A stretch of 20,000 nucleotides of DNA from Ancylonema sp. (GCA_050230475.1 JBFLGF010000160.1:52364-72363), one strand, 5' to 3'; positions 1 through 11,649 are shown, numbered from the stretch's first letter. A program made the numbers and translations. Notes: generated by a model not told the origin, from the letters alone.

Positions 1-249
1 TGCCTAAAATGACGGAAAAGTCATACATTCCGGTCTTCACAGGAGCAGACTACAAGAGCTGGGCTTTCAAAATAAAGTTCGGTCTAGCTGACAAGGAGTT
101 GCATGACATTGTCATGGATTGGGGCGAATCCCCGAGGCAAGCGAAACCTGTCGTGTCTCCACGCAGGGATGCTGCGGACGTCGCTTGAACGGTCACGGCA
201 CGCACCCAACTCATCGGTCGACAGACTCTCGTTCGAGAGGCCTGGGTCG
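1..249 (+). mobile_element. Truncated second copy of the Ty1/copia gag 5' region
   Basis: Aligns by eye to 1931-2202 (atgacggaaaagtcatacattccggtcttcacaggagcagactac...) with substitutions and a short internal deletion. Similarity stops abruptly at ~249. Confidence 0.9.
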
Positions 250-400
250 CCTCACCTTTTTACAATTCCTCACATCGTGATTGCGCTGGGTAATTATGTG
301 GTGGTGGTATGTCACCTTGAGGTGAGTCAAGTAACAAATAGCGTCGTCGTGGGCAGTTGGTCATTGTATGTTATGTTTGTCCACATAAATAACATCGTAA

Positions 401-982
401 TTATTTTTGAATGACATCGTATGGTTCCACAAAATCAAGTATGTTTGGTGCCTGATGTGAAGCAGACTCGAGTGGTGTCGAGGTACATGAAGGTGAAAGG
501 TCTCGGTTATCAATGGAATACCCCAGGTTATGTTCGATCTTCGTGACTGTTGTAGTCGTTCGAAGCCTTGTCATGAGTTTTTTCAACACTCGTTCAAGTT
601 GTTTATAAAAAAATTGAACAGATCCTACAGAAATGTCCGACTGAGGTGCCATAACTGTGTAAGCTGATGGATCAACTTCTTCAATATTAGTCTGCGCGTA
701 TCGTGTGAAAGACAATGTAGCTTTCCACACCTCCTCTGCTTGAAGCAACTGAATGGTGAGATGACGAGGAATATGCTCCTGCCACTCCTGCTTCCTGTAT
801 GTTTGTAACATCTGGACGTGCGCCAATGTTTGTTCCCACATATGAGGTGGTAATAGGTGTACCATTTGGTTTTGTTCCTCAATTTGACTTTGAATGAGTC
901 CTAGTTTGCAAAATCGAAAATCTTGTCCCACATCTGTCGTTATGGAAAGCACATCTTTCTCTGATGTTAAGTTGTTCAACAT
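401..982 (-). CDS. Unknown 193 aa ORF, probably ORF1 (gag position) of the minus-strand LTR element; may originally start at ATG 1020 with a homopolymer frameshift near 990-996
   Basis: Open frame ~200 nt downstream of repeat A and its putative PBS on the minus strand. No recognisable motif. Confidence 0.4.
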   Translation of the reverse strand: MLNNLTSEKDVLSITTDVGQDFRFCKLGLIQSQIEEQNQMVHLLPPHMWEQTLAHVQMLQTYRKQEWQEHIPRHLTIQLLQAEEVWKATLSFTRYAQTNIEEVDPSAYTVMAPQSDISVGSVQFFYKQLERVLKKLMTRLRTTTTVTKIEHNLGYSIDNRDLSPSCTSTPLESASHQAPNILDFVEPYDVIQK

Positions 983-1164
983 GTATTCAATTTTTTATGC
1001 TCTTTCAACCCAATGTCCATGATTATAAACGTCTATGATTGAATTGTGATATGAAAAGTGTATATCGTCAATGAAATAGTAACTAGGAAAGACAAAGGAT
1101 GTTCAAGAAAAAAAAAAAACGGTCACAATGTTTGTTCCAAACGTTTAGTTATTGAAATCAAGGT

Positions 1165-1179
1165 CTTCCGCTGTCAGAT
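1165..1179 (-). promoter_or_regulatory. Putative self-priming PBS (atctgacagcggaag) directly after the CA end of repeat A
   Basis: 1165-1181 (cttccgctgtcagattg) is the exact 17 nt reverse complement of 8426-8442 inside the same repeat A. Confidence 0.7.
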
Positions 1180-1260
1180 TGAAGTAGTATTGCAGATTGA
1201 GTCTTTGCTGAGATATCAATATTATATCTATCACACGTCTCACCGGTCTGGTGAAATTCA

Positions 1261-1717
1261 TGTAGGAATTATATCGGAAGGAATTATATCGGATAGCCAT
1301 GTTTGCTAGCGTGCTAGTCCGGACTGCCGGTTAGAGTAACCGGTAGTGTTCCTAGGTTGGTCTTATAATGAGGGGCCGGACTTATGTCCGGGCACCCGAA
1401 TATGACGTTTCGGCTGTACCGTTTGTAGCACGTGCGGTCTAGATGGTTCCGAATCTAGACGTTATGTTTTGTTTTGTCAGCCTGTCCGGCGTGTGCCGTT
1501 GACAGGATCTGACTGTTGTTGAGTTATGATAGGCCGACGGTTCGCAGATACGACCGTCGGCACGCTTTATAGATTCAGGTTGTGGACGAGGCATCGTGGT
1601 ATTCTTACACGATGCCGACCATTCAAGATTATTCTTCCAACTCAACACTTTGTCATTGATCACTTCTGAGAGACGTAAGTTCCTCCCTCGCACCCCGATC
1701 ACGTAACATCCCTAAAA
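1261..1717 (+). repeat. Copia 5' LTR (TG...AA)
   Basis: Direct repeat of 7364-7823. It carries a 15 bp tandem duplication (aggaattatatcgga) at its start and lacks the 20 bp present at 7771-7790. Confidence 0.93.
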
Positions 1718-1730
1718 GGTTATGGGCCCA
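1718..1730 (+). promoter_or_regulatory. PBS GGTTATGGGCCCA (half tRNA-iMet type)
   Basis: Directly follows the 5' LTR and matches the Drosophila copia (hemivirus-type) PBS rather than TGGTATCAGAGC. Confidence 0.9.
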
Positions 1731-1938
1731 CAAGCGGTCTAGTTAAAGACGTTGTGTCAATAACTACAGGCATTCCACGCGATCCGCTGCTAAAGGCACT
1801 CTGAGGTAGAGGTTATTAAGTACTGCACGTAATCCTTCGATTGCGCTGCCAGTGACTGAGGTGTGAGTAGCGCTGCACGAAACACGCTCAAGAAAGCAGC
1901 TGAGAGCTGAGCACCAAGAATTTTAGGTGTTGCCTAAC

Positions 1939-4900
1939 ATGACGGAAAAGTCATACATTCCGGTCTTCACAGGAGCAGACTACAAAGGGTGGGCATTTAA
2001 GATAAAATTCGGTGTGGCCGATAAAGAGCTGCATGACATCGTCATGGATTGGGGTAAATCGCCGAGGCAAGAAGAGCCTGCCGTGTTTCTACCACACACG
2101 CAGGATGAGCTCGATACGCTGGATGCTGCGGACGTCGCTAGAACGATCACAGCACGCACCCAGCTCATCAGTCGACAGACTCTCCTTCGAGAGGTCTGGT
2201 CGAAGAAGAATATCGCTACGATGGCATACATCGTCAAACACCTCCAGACGGGGGAGCTGACGCATGTGAGGAACTGCACGACTGCTGCAGAGATGTGGGA
2301 GGTCCTGAAGTCTTTCTACGACATTCAGGGAGCCATCGAAATTGCCAACGCTGAAGTTGAGCTCACGGCAATTATCATGGGAGAAGCGGAGGAGCTGAGC
2401 GATTACGTCAAGCGACTTCAGGAGCTGCACGATCGGCTGGGGCATCTAGGGGAGCCAGTCAATCCGGCAAAGCAGACGATAAATTTCCTGAATTCCCTGA
2501 ACACTCGCTACAGCGCACGAGTGGAGAGCGTGATGTCCTGGGCAGTTTCTGCACCATCACTCTTCACGTCCCTCAGGCCGTCAGCACTCTGTCAGCTGGC
2601 GATCGACGGGAGGCCTGCAACGACCGGAAGAGAGGGGCGCTGCCGGGAGGGCAGCAGGCCAATTTCGTAGGAAGGGGAGGTTACTCGGGCAGCTCCGGAG
2701 CTGGCCTAAGTCGGACCTGGTGGGATCGGCGTTCCCGGAAGTCACGACCTGACGAGAACTCAGTGCTACGGCTCAACCAGTATGGCCACCTGAAGTCGGA
2801 TTGCCCCGTGCGTCCGCCAATGAGGTGCCATGGCTGCAACCAGACCGGCCACAGGCTGTCGCAATGCGGCCAGCAACGGCACGGTGGAGGAGGAAGATCG
2901 GCTGGCCAGGGAAGTGGCAGTCCGAAACCTAAGTGCAGATACTGTGATAAGCTTGGACACACATTGGCAGAATGTTTAAAGCGTAAATCTGATCTGGCAT
3001 TGTCTGCACCTGATTCGAATCTCCGTAATCAAGCTCAGGCTAGACTTGCTGCAAGACCAGACACACCTTTTGATGCCTCTAAATCCTTAGCTTATGCAGC
3101 ATTCTCATCTGACGCAAGGATTGCGATGGCAGTTGGAACTGATTGTTCGCATCTGTGGCTTGATTCAGGCTCGACCGATCACGTCTTCGTAAACCGAGAC
3201 CACTTCGTCGAGTACGACAAACGCGTCCCAATGCAGCATTCTTTCATCCACACGGCTGACGGCACGCCCCACAAGGTCGAGGGGACAGGCTTCGTGCACG
3301 TGAAAGTGAAGAACGACGACTCCTCTTTCGTCGTCCCTCTCGCGGCTCTGCACGTCCCTACAGTCGCTGCGACCCTGGTGTCCACCGACTGCCTCGTCCA
3401 GAGACGGTGGGCTGAGCTTTGCCCAGACACCACATGGCCCCAAACTGACTAAGAATGGACTGAAATGGGCTGATGTCAGCAGGCAGAGGAATTGTCTGTC
3501 GTTGGCTGCATGATTCTATCATCATGGCTGGTTCTTCTGGTCTGCAAGCTAATCTGTCCATCGGCATGCTCTGGCATGGCAAACTGGTTCACCCTGGTAT
3601 ACCAGCCATGTCAGACATGGCCAGACGGTGGTGATATACCCGAGACTTGAATCAGGAGGAATTGACTGAAGTCAGGGATTGTGAGATCTGTTGTATGGGG
3701 GAAGATGGGACAGTAGGGGCATGCTATGGGCTAGCGATGATGTGGCCACTATGCCGAAAATGGGAAGGGTTGCATCTAGATCTGATAGGTCCTTTTGGTG
3801 TTAAGGTCAATGCAGGAGGGTTTGACTACGCACAGACAGGGATAGAGGTCAACACTAGACTGTCAACAGTATCTCTCCTCAGGCACAACAAGAGCGATGC
3901 TCTCCAAACGCGCATCACTGTACAGAAACTTGAAGTTGAGTCAGGACTGGCGTTGAAGTCTATCAGGACAGATGGGGGGGGTGAATACACAAGTAAAGAG
4001 TGGAGAGGCTATTGTGAGGATAAAGGCATCAGACATGAACTGACTGCTCCCTACAGCCCTCAACAGAATGGAATGTGTGAAAGGTTGAACGAACATTGAT
4101 GGAAAAGATGAGGTGTTTGCTGATGTGGTCAAAATTGCCTAAATCGTATTGGGATGTGGCACTGATACACGCAAACTGGTTAAGGAACAGGACCCCCACT
4201 AGTTCATTGACAGGGGGGATACCTATTGAGGAGTGCAGAGGACGACAGATAAAAATGGACAGAAGTCACACATTCGGCTGTCTGGTTCAATATTTGCTAG
4301 TTGGGCATGATAAAAATAAACAAGGGGACAAGTATGCTGCCAGGACTGCTTTTGGGGTGTATATTGGGCTGGCAGCAGATCAGGCTGGGTACAACATCAT
4401 CGACCCGCTCAGAGCCGGCGTGATGGTGCGGACAGACGTCCGTTTCTTCGAGGAAGTGCCGGGGTACCCGAGACTCATGGGGGGGAGAGCTCCCCAGGTC
4501 GAGGCCAAAGCAGATGGACACTTTCTCCAGCTGTTCCCCGACACGATGATGAGCCTAAGGCTGGAGGGGTAATCAGGACAAGCAGCAGTAAACGCTGCAA
4601 CGCCAGCAGGAGAAGCAGAAGCAGCAGCAGCTCCAGCAGCAGCTCCAGCACCAGTACCAGCAGCAGCAGCAGCAACACACAACGACCCAGGAGCCCAGAT
4701 CCCATTATTACAGATTCTGCCACCACCAGCTGCTGAGGTCCCCATCTCTGTGGTTGAGCTGTCTGACAGTCAGTCAGGGATCAACAACGCAGGAGTGGCA
4801 GGCGAGGAGGAGGAGGTTCAAGGAGGGGGTGAAGGGGAGGGGCAAGTGGTAAATGCTGTGAGCATAGCAGGAGGGTGATGGGGAGAGGAGAAGGAGGGCA

Positions 4901-6644
4901 AACTTCGCCTGGGGATGTCCTCTGATACGATGGGGAGGAGTAGTTCGACCAGGCGCTGGCAGCAGCCATTCAGGACGAGGAGTGGGAGGCAACATGCTTC
5001 TTCACAGGCTTCAACGGCCCCTCTGACCTTGGATTCTGTATGGTGGCCACGTCTGCTGACTCCTCCGACCCTTTGACGCTGAACCAGGCCATGACGAGGC
5101 CAGACTGGGATCAGTGGTTAGCTGCTATCCAGGAGGAGCTGAAAAGCTTGGGGGAATTCAACACCTTCAAGGTGTGTGAACTTCCACCAGGTGAAAGGGC
5201 TGTCGGGTGCAAATATGTATTCAAAACAAAATACACACCCACGGGAACCCTTGAACGATATAAAGTCAGACTGGTCGCCCAAGGTTTTCTACAACAAGAA
5301 GGAGTTGACTAGACTATAATGAAATATTCGCACCTGTAGTAGATAGTACCTCTATCTCTCTTCTCTTCTATTCTACTAGCGATTGCGAATCAGGAGGGTT
5401 GGGGAATTGAACATATGGATGTAGTCACTGCTTTCTTGCACGGAAGACTGACGGAAGAAGTGTACATGAAAATTCCACCAATTTATGGAAATTGAGGGAG
5501 GGGCTGAAGGGAAAGGTTCTGAGAATGAGGGGGGCACTGTACGGACTGAAACAGAGTAGCAAGGTCTGGGGTGAAATGTTCACAACCTTCATGCTAGTAT
5601 AGGGTTCAAACAGTGTATTATGGACACATGCATATACACCAGGGGAACAGGACAATCACGCATCATAGTGGGGAGACACGTAGATGATCAGGTGATAGTT
5701 GGTCCTAACACCATGGTCATTAAGGCATTTAAACAGGAACTATCAGGGAAATTCAAAATGAAGGATCTTGGGGCCCTAACCCATATCCTGGGCTGCTGGG
5801 GGTGGAAGTGAAAAGGGACAGACAACAGGGGGTGCTAACGTTGCATCAGGGCGGGTTCATAAAAAAGGTTCTGGAACGTTTTGGCATGGCAAACTGTAAT
5901 CCTACAAAACTACCCTTACCACCTGGACTGACATATCACCAAGACGATGAACCTCTAACTCCCCTAAACAAATAACTGAATTCCGGGGAAAAATTGGGTC
6001 ACTCATTTATGCAATGAAACACACCAGACCGGATATTGCGCATGCACTGGGCGTACTGGCAAAACGAATCCTGGGACTGCTCACATTAAATCCTTACACC
6101 AACTGTTCAGATATTTAAAGGGTACAGTGGATCACGGAATATGCTACGTGAGGCAGAGGAAGTTAGAGATCAGGGGGTACTGTGATGCTAGTTGGAACAG
6201 CTGCAGTATGACTGGGAAGTCGGTCACAGGGTGGGTCACTATCACTACTGTTGGGGGAACTGCATTAAGCTGGAAGTCACAGAAACAGTCTACAGTCGCA
6301 CAGAGTACAGCAGAGGGGCTGAATATATTGTTGCCTGTAGTGTGTCTAAGGAATGCTGTTACCTTAAGTCGCTCCTGCATGAGCTCAAACTCCCTAATGA
6401 AATTACAGTTTACAGTGACTCAACTGCTGCACTCTCAATGATCCAGAACCCAGTCCAACGCCAGAAGGCCAAGCACTTCAATGTGGTATACCACTGGGTG
6501 AGAGAGTGCCACAGAACTGGCAGGCTCAAGTATGTGTATCTGCTGGCAGGGGCCAATCAAGCCGATATGTTCACTAAGGCTCTTCCACAGGTTTTCTTAC
6601 TTGACAGACACGGAAAGTCGATAGGTTTTGGGAGGGTTAACTGA
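1939..6644 (+). pseudogene. Copia gag-pol polyprotein with multiple frameshifts and stops
   Basis: Gag (TAAEMWEVLKSFY), three CCHC knuckles 2764-2975, protease WLDSGSTDH, pre-integrase LWHGKLVHPG, integrase HLDL/IRTDGGGEY/PQQNGMCERLN, RT ERYKVRLVAQGF and HVDD, RNase H GYCDAS/DSTAA/QADMFTKAL. Confidence 0.95.
4583..4900 (+). repeat. Low-complexity GCA/CCA and purine-rich repeats in the INT-RT linker
   Basis: gcagcagcagctccagcagca... (Ala/Pro-rich) followed by gaggaggagg/gaaggggagg tracts. Confidence 0.7.
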
Positions 6645-7354
6645 AATGGGGGTGCACTTTAGGTTCTAGGGGATTTTCGGCTGCCATGCTGTGTTTAGCA
6701 GGGGGTGTATGTTCTGTTAATCTTCTTGCAGAATGCACCTGTGGAGGGCTCTCAACGCTCGTCTATCCAGCTAAGTCACCCTACCCTTTTTCTGCCCTGA
6801 AAACACTCGAGGACACCTGCTGAAAAGTTGCAGATCTGCTTGCATCTAAAATTGTCAGTTGTTCATGAATTCTGGAATATCTGTTGCCATTCATATTACA
6901 AATGTTGTGTCAGAATATCGTTTGATTTGGTGAAGTATTGAGAAAGTTATGAAGTTTTTAAGAAAATGGTGAAGTTCTGATCTGAGAAAGTTGTGAAGTT
7001 TTGCATATTTTCAAGTTATTCGGAGAAAACTACAGAAGATTGACTTGTTGTCATTTTTTGTATTGCCCTAACTTGTGGTATTTGTTTGTATGTTCAGGCT
7101 CGGCCCGAAAGACTAAGGATATGGAGCGATCGTCTTCTGGAGTTTCCGATCGGCTTCCTTCCGATCGTCTTCGGTGTGATATTTTCTTCCGATCGTCTTC
7201 CGATCGGCTGTGTTTTTTTGATAAATCTCTAGCACATTGATATGCTAGAGAAGACCCTACTATTCCACCATGGGCTATGCAATGTCTTGCCATGACTTAG
7301 CTGTTGAGAGGGTGGTCCTTGTGTTGACTTAATGCCAAACTTGGCATGGCATCC

Positions 7355-7363
7355 GAGGGGGTG
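7355..7363 (+). promoter_or_regulatory. Copia polypurine tract GAGGGGGTG
   Basis: Abuts the TG start of the 3' LTR. Confidence 0.85.
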
Positions 7364-7823
7364 TGAAGGAATTATATCGGATAGCCATGTTTGCTAGCGT
7401 GCTAGTCCGGACTGCCGGTTAGTGTAACCGGGAGTGTTCCTAGTTTGTGCTTATAATGAGGGGCCGGACTTATGTCCGGACACCCGAATATGACGTTTCG
7501 ATTGTGCCGTTTGTAGCACGTGCGGTCTCGATGGTTCCGAATCCTAAGACGTTATGTTTTGTCAGACCTGTCCGGCGTGTGCCGTTGACAGGATCTGACT
7601 GTTGTTGAGTTATGATAGGCCGACGGTTCGCAGACACGACCGTCGGCACGCTTTGTAGATTCATGTTGTGGACGAGGCATCGTGGTATACCTACACGATG
7701 CCGACCATTCAAGATTATTCTTCCAACTCAACACTTTGTCATTGATCACTTCTGAGAGACGTAAGTTCCTTGTACGGGGAAAGAATCACACCCTCGCACC
7801 CCGATCACGTAACATCCCTAAAA
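7364..7823 (+). repeat. Copia 3' LTR (TG...AA)
   Basis: Direct repeat of 1261-1717, followed by the TSD ATTCA. Confidence 0.93.
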
Positions 7824-8900
7824 ATTCACAACTCAACGCCGAGGGCGAGCTAACAGATGGTTTGTAGTACAAAAGTGTGAAAATACTAAAAAGCAAACAA
7901 GATAGTGTGGTGCAGACTATCAAGGTTAACAATCGTAAGCGTTACTTTCGGTGCGAAAGTAAAGTATCGACGGCGCGTCGATGAAAGATGCTGGCTCAGA
8001 AAGAGCATCAGCAGACAGGTGTAAACAACAAATGCTGGCTCGGAGCGAGCGACAACAAACACACACACACAAATGGAATTTCCGGTTCGGAGCGAACACA
8101 CGCAAATCGACAGATGCATTTCACACACACACGCACGCTTGCTGGCTCAGAGACAGCGTCAGCGAATCGATGTAAGAAATTAAAGTCGATAGCAAGGCTG
8201 GCTCGGAAAGAGCGTCAGCGACAGATTCAGATGAATCAGATCAAATACACACACACATAGATTGCAAAGAATGATATGCAATCTTATCGGCTGGCTGACG
8301 GATGTCAGGCTGAGTCGGAAGACGAGCAAGTTGCGAAGTCGCGTAAGCGAAGGGATGCAATATTCAGAGAATTGCAAAGGATTCAGATAACACAGAAGAT
8401 TGTTGGAAGGGATTTCTTAACAGCGCAATCTGACAGCGGAAGCTGGCAGATCTGAAAGTACAATTTGTCTTTTATCACAAAGTTGTTGCGCGGTGCTAAC
8501 CGGCAGAGTTAACGAGAGTTAAACTGTCGAAGATAGCGACAGGCTGGCTTTAGAACATTACAATTAATCTCGGCGCTCCGATGACAACGGCGCGAGATAT
8601 TTCTATATTTCTACGACTGGATTTAATCGCCGGGATTATCGACAAGTCGAAAGGGACTTGTGATTTTAACAAAATCGACACGCAACTATTTGTTGAAGAC
8701 TGCTGGATTCTAGACTTCGGAAAATACGCCACGCGTTATTTTCGAGTCGTACAAATTTCGTACTTCACTATTTTTTCAGCAAAGTACTAACTCTAGAAAG
8801 TCGTTATATCGAATACTCTCGTTATAGCAGAGTATTAATCTAGAGGGGTTTCTGAACAATCTAGAGGGGCTTCGCCTTAGCGATCTCTAGCGTCATGACA

Positions 8901-11619
8901 GGACAACCAACGGACTTTCGCCAGTGTGGTGATTATCGTCCTATCAACAACCACACCCAACAAGACAAGTGTCAGCTTCCAAGAATTGAGGACATCTGTC
9001 AGGACATCAAAGAGGCGAAAATCTTTCCCAAATTGGATTTACGACAAGGATACCACCAGATCCCTATCTCTGAAACAGACAAATGCGAAACTGCATTTTG
9101 GGGAGCTGACCGTCAACTTTATGAATGGAATGTCATACCATGTAGACTCAAGAATGCACCACCATTCTTCCAACGTACCATGGACCGAATTTTGGCAGGA
9201 CTTCGCAACTCGCGATGCTACATTGATGACATCAACAAACTGGAGCAGTACTTTCGAGGACCACCTCCAACACCTTCGACAAGTCTTTCATCGTCTTTGG
9301 CAGTTCAAGCTGAAATGTCATCTAGGTAAGTGTTTATTCTTCGCGGATAAAATAGTTTTTTTAGGCCATAAGATCTCTGGGAAAGGTATTGCACCACAAG
9401 ATGAGAAAACCAGAGCTATTAAGGATATGCCGACACCTAAGGATACTCATCAACTTCGTGCAGCTCTAGGGTTGTTTTCCTATTACCGTAAGTTCGTTCC
9501 ACATTTCTCTACGATTGCTTCCCCACTCAACGGACTTCTAAAAGGAGATGTCGAATGGCATTGGGACGAGACGCAAGAAAAAACTTTGATCGCACTCAAG
9601 CAGGCACTATGTTCAAAACCTGTGCTCCGAAGACCACATACCATTAAACCATACTTGTTAGCAACCGACTGGAGTGCACATGGTTTAGGTGCCGTTTTGA
9701 GTCAAACAGATGATGATGGTACCGAATATGCAGTCGCATTTGCTAGTCACAGCTGTAACAATGCGGAACGGAACTACAGCAGCTTCCACGGGGAGTGTCT
9801 TGCTGTAATTTGGGCGGTGCAACATTTTCGCCAATTTCTGTTTGGTAAACCATTTGCCCTCATTACCGATCATGCACCCCTCAAATGGATCATGACAACA
9901 ACCAAACTCACCGGCAAACTTGCGCGTTGGGCACTACTACTCCAGGAGTATGAGTTTAAAGTGATTCATCGCCCCGGTGTTGCAAATTCCAATGCCGACG
10001 GGTGCAATCGTTGTCCACTACCAGAGACAGCCACTAACAACCATGAGATTGAAACATTAGGGGAGAAAACACCTTGCTACTACATGCAAACTTCACCCAC
10101 GGGTCACATTCCACCATCATATTTTCTGAGTTTTCACCAAGGTACACCACTACCAGAAGATGTCAAAGTGGACATTTGGGATGATAATGTCACAATGGCA
10201 CTTCTAAAAACTCATGCATACCTACCAGACTTGACACCACAACAAAGAGACCGTACATACCGACGGGCTCTCAAATAGAGATGGATGGGGAGATATGTTT
10301 ACAAAATCCCTACCTCTGGGCACATGAAAATCGTTCCACCACCACCAGAACGAATCCCTCTGATTAATACCATGCACACACGATACGGTCATTTTGGGGT
10401 AAAACGCGTGCTCCACGCTTTACAACAAGATTATTGGTGGCATGGGATGGGGGATCATGTCATTCAGGTCATTAAAGAATGTCCAGCATGTTATCGAGCA
10501 AAAACAAACTTTGCTGATGGCCGTACCCAACTACAACCATTACCGATTCGGGGACTCTTCTACCGTTGGGGAGTGGACTTCGCTGGACCTATGCCAGAAA
10601 GTACACGTAAAAACCAATACGTTATGATATGTATTGAACATTTCACCCAATGGGTTGAACTTATCGCCTTACCGGACAAATCTTCAAAATCAGCAGCGCA
10701 TGCTTTACTCACCCATGTCCTTTCTCGTTTCGGGGCCCCTGGTGAAATCATCACCGACCAAGGCGCGGAATTTGAAGGGGCATTCACCGACTTACTTGTC
10801 GGACATCGAGTTACACATCGTACTGCACCCCGGGAACACCCACAATTTAGTGGGTTAGGAGAACGCATGGTTCAAACGATGAAACTATCTTTAAGGAAAA
10901 TCCTCCTCAAAGAACATCGCACGGATTGGGACATTTACCTACCTTATGTCGCCATGGGGTACCGCATGACAAAACAGGCCTCTACCGGGTATTCACCATA
11001 CTATTTGCTGTATGGAAGACATCCTATCTTTCAGGCACAAATACAGGCAGCTGAACATGACCCCTTACCTGAGGCACTCAAAGAATTACCTAAATTCATT
11101 CAGGAACGCATTAAACTTTTTTAGGAGGTCATGCCTCTCGCAATGCGCAACCGTGCCATTGCACAACAACGAGACAGGCATCAATACTTCCGTGTGCACA
11201 GTGGCGCATGGGCACGACCGTGCCCTCGTCTCCTCAAACATCAATATGTTTATGTGAAACGTCAAACCAAAGGCACAATTGACATCAAAGCACATCCACA
11301 AATCCTCCGGAGTACACAAATCCGACCATCTGGAAATGTGCAGTTACAGGGCAAGGATGGACGCCGCATCTGGGAACAGATGAACAACATTTCACCCTGC
11401 AGCCTCTCCATCAAAGATGACCAGATTGACACGGGTTTGTTCAACAGTTCTGACCCTACATTCTGCAGACAATGCGGTTCACGCAACGATGAGAAACATC
11501 TCATTTTGTGTGATGACTGTAATGATGGCTACCACATCTATTGTCTCACACCCCGGCTCAAATCAATACCAGAAGGTCCATGGTTCTGTCCCGACCACAA
11601 GGGAGAACGCTGCTCCTAA
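8901..11619 (+). pseudogene. 5'-interrupted Ty3/gypsy pol: RT-RNase H-integrase-PHD finger
   Basis: RT CGDYRPIN, LDLRQGYHQI and YIDD, with a frameshift near 9235. RNase H TDWS/GECLA/ITDH. Integrase zinc motif H..GHFG..CPAC and DDE core (VDF, TDQG, GER). In-frame TAGs at 10276 and 11122. PHD CRQC..CDDC..HIYC..WFCPDH at 11464-11598. Confidence 0.95.
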
Positions 11620-11649
11620 GACCCAATTCCTACACTACCATTTCGCAAC

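Larger units (their letters stand above)
1261..7823 (+). mobile_element. Full-length decayed Ty1/copia LTR retrotransposon
   Basis: Two LTRs (1261-1717, 7364-7823), 5 bp TSD ATTCA (1256-1260 and 7824-7828), PBS, PPT, and domain order gag-PR-INT-RT-RH. Confidence 0.96.
1180..8900 (-). repeat. Repeat A copy 1 (LTR-like, ~1153 bp: 1180-1260 + 7829-8900), interrupted by the copia element
   Basis: Minus strand reads TGTCATGACGCTAG...GCAATACTACTTCA. Its reverse complement aligns along the whole length with 11869-13021, on both sides of the copia insertion. Confidence 0.88.

Noticed and set aside
4297..4995. Minus-strand Ala/Leu-rich ORFs as env or signal-peptide genes
   Set aside because: They are antisense translations of the low-complexity INT-RT linker.
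7990..8230. CRISPR-like repeat-spacer array
   Set aside because: The repeats are degenerate and irregularly spaced, lie within a eukaryotic LTR, and no cas genes are present.
7881..8790. Short ORFs within repeat A (and their mirrors at 12258-13103)
   Set aside because: Stops and frames differ between the two A copies, and the His/Thr or Cys/Val runs come from (CA)n tracts.
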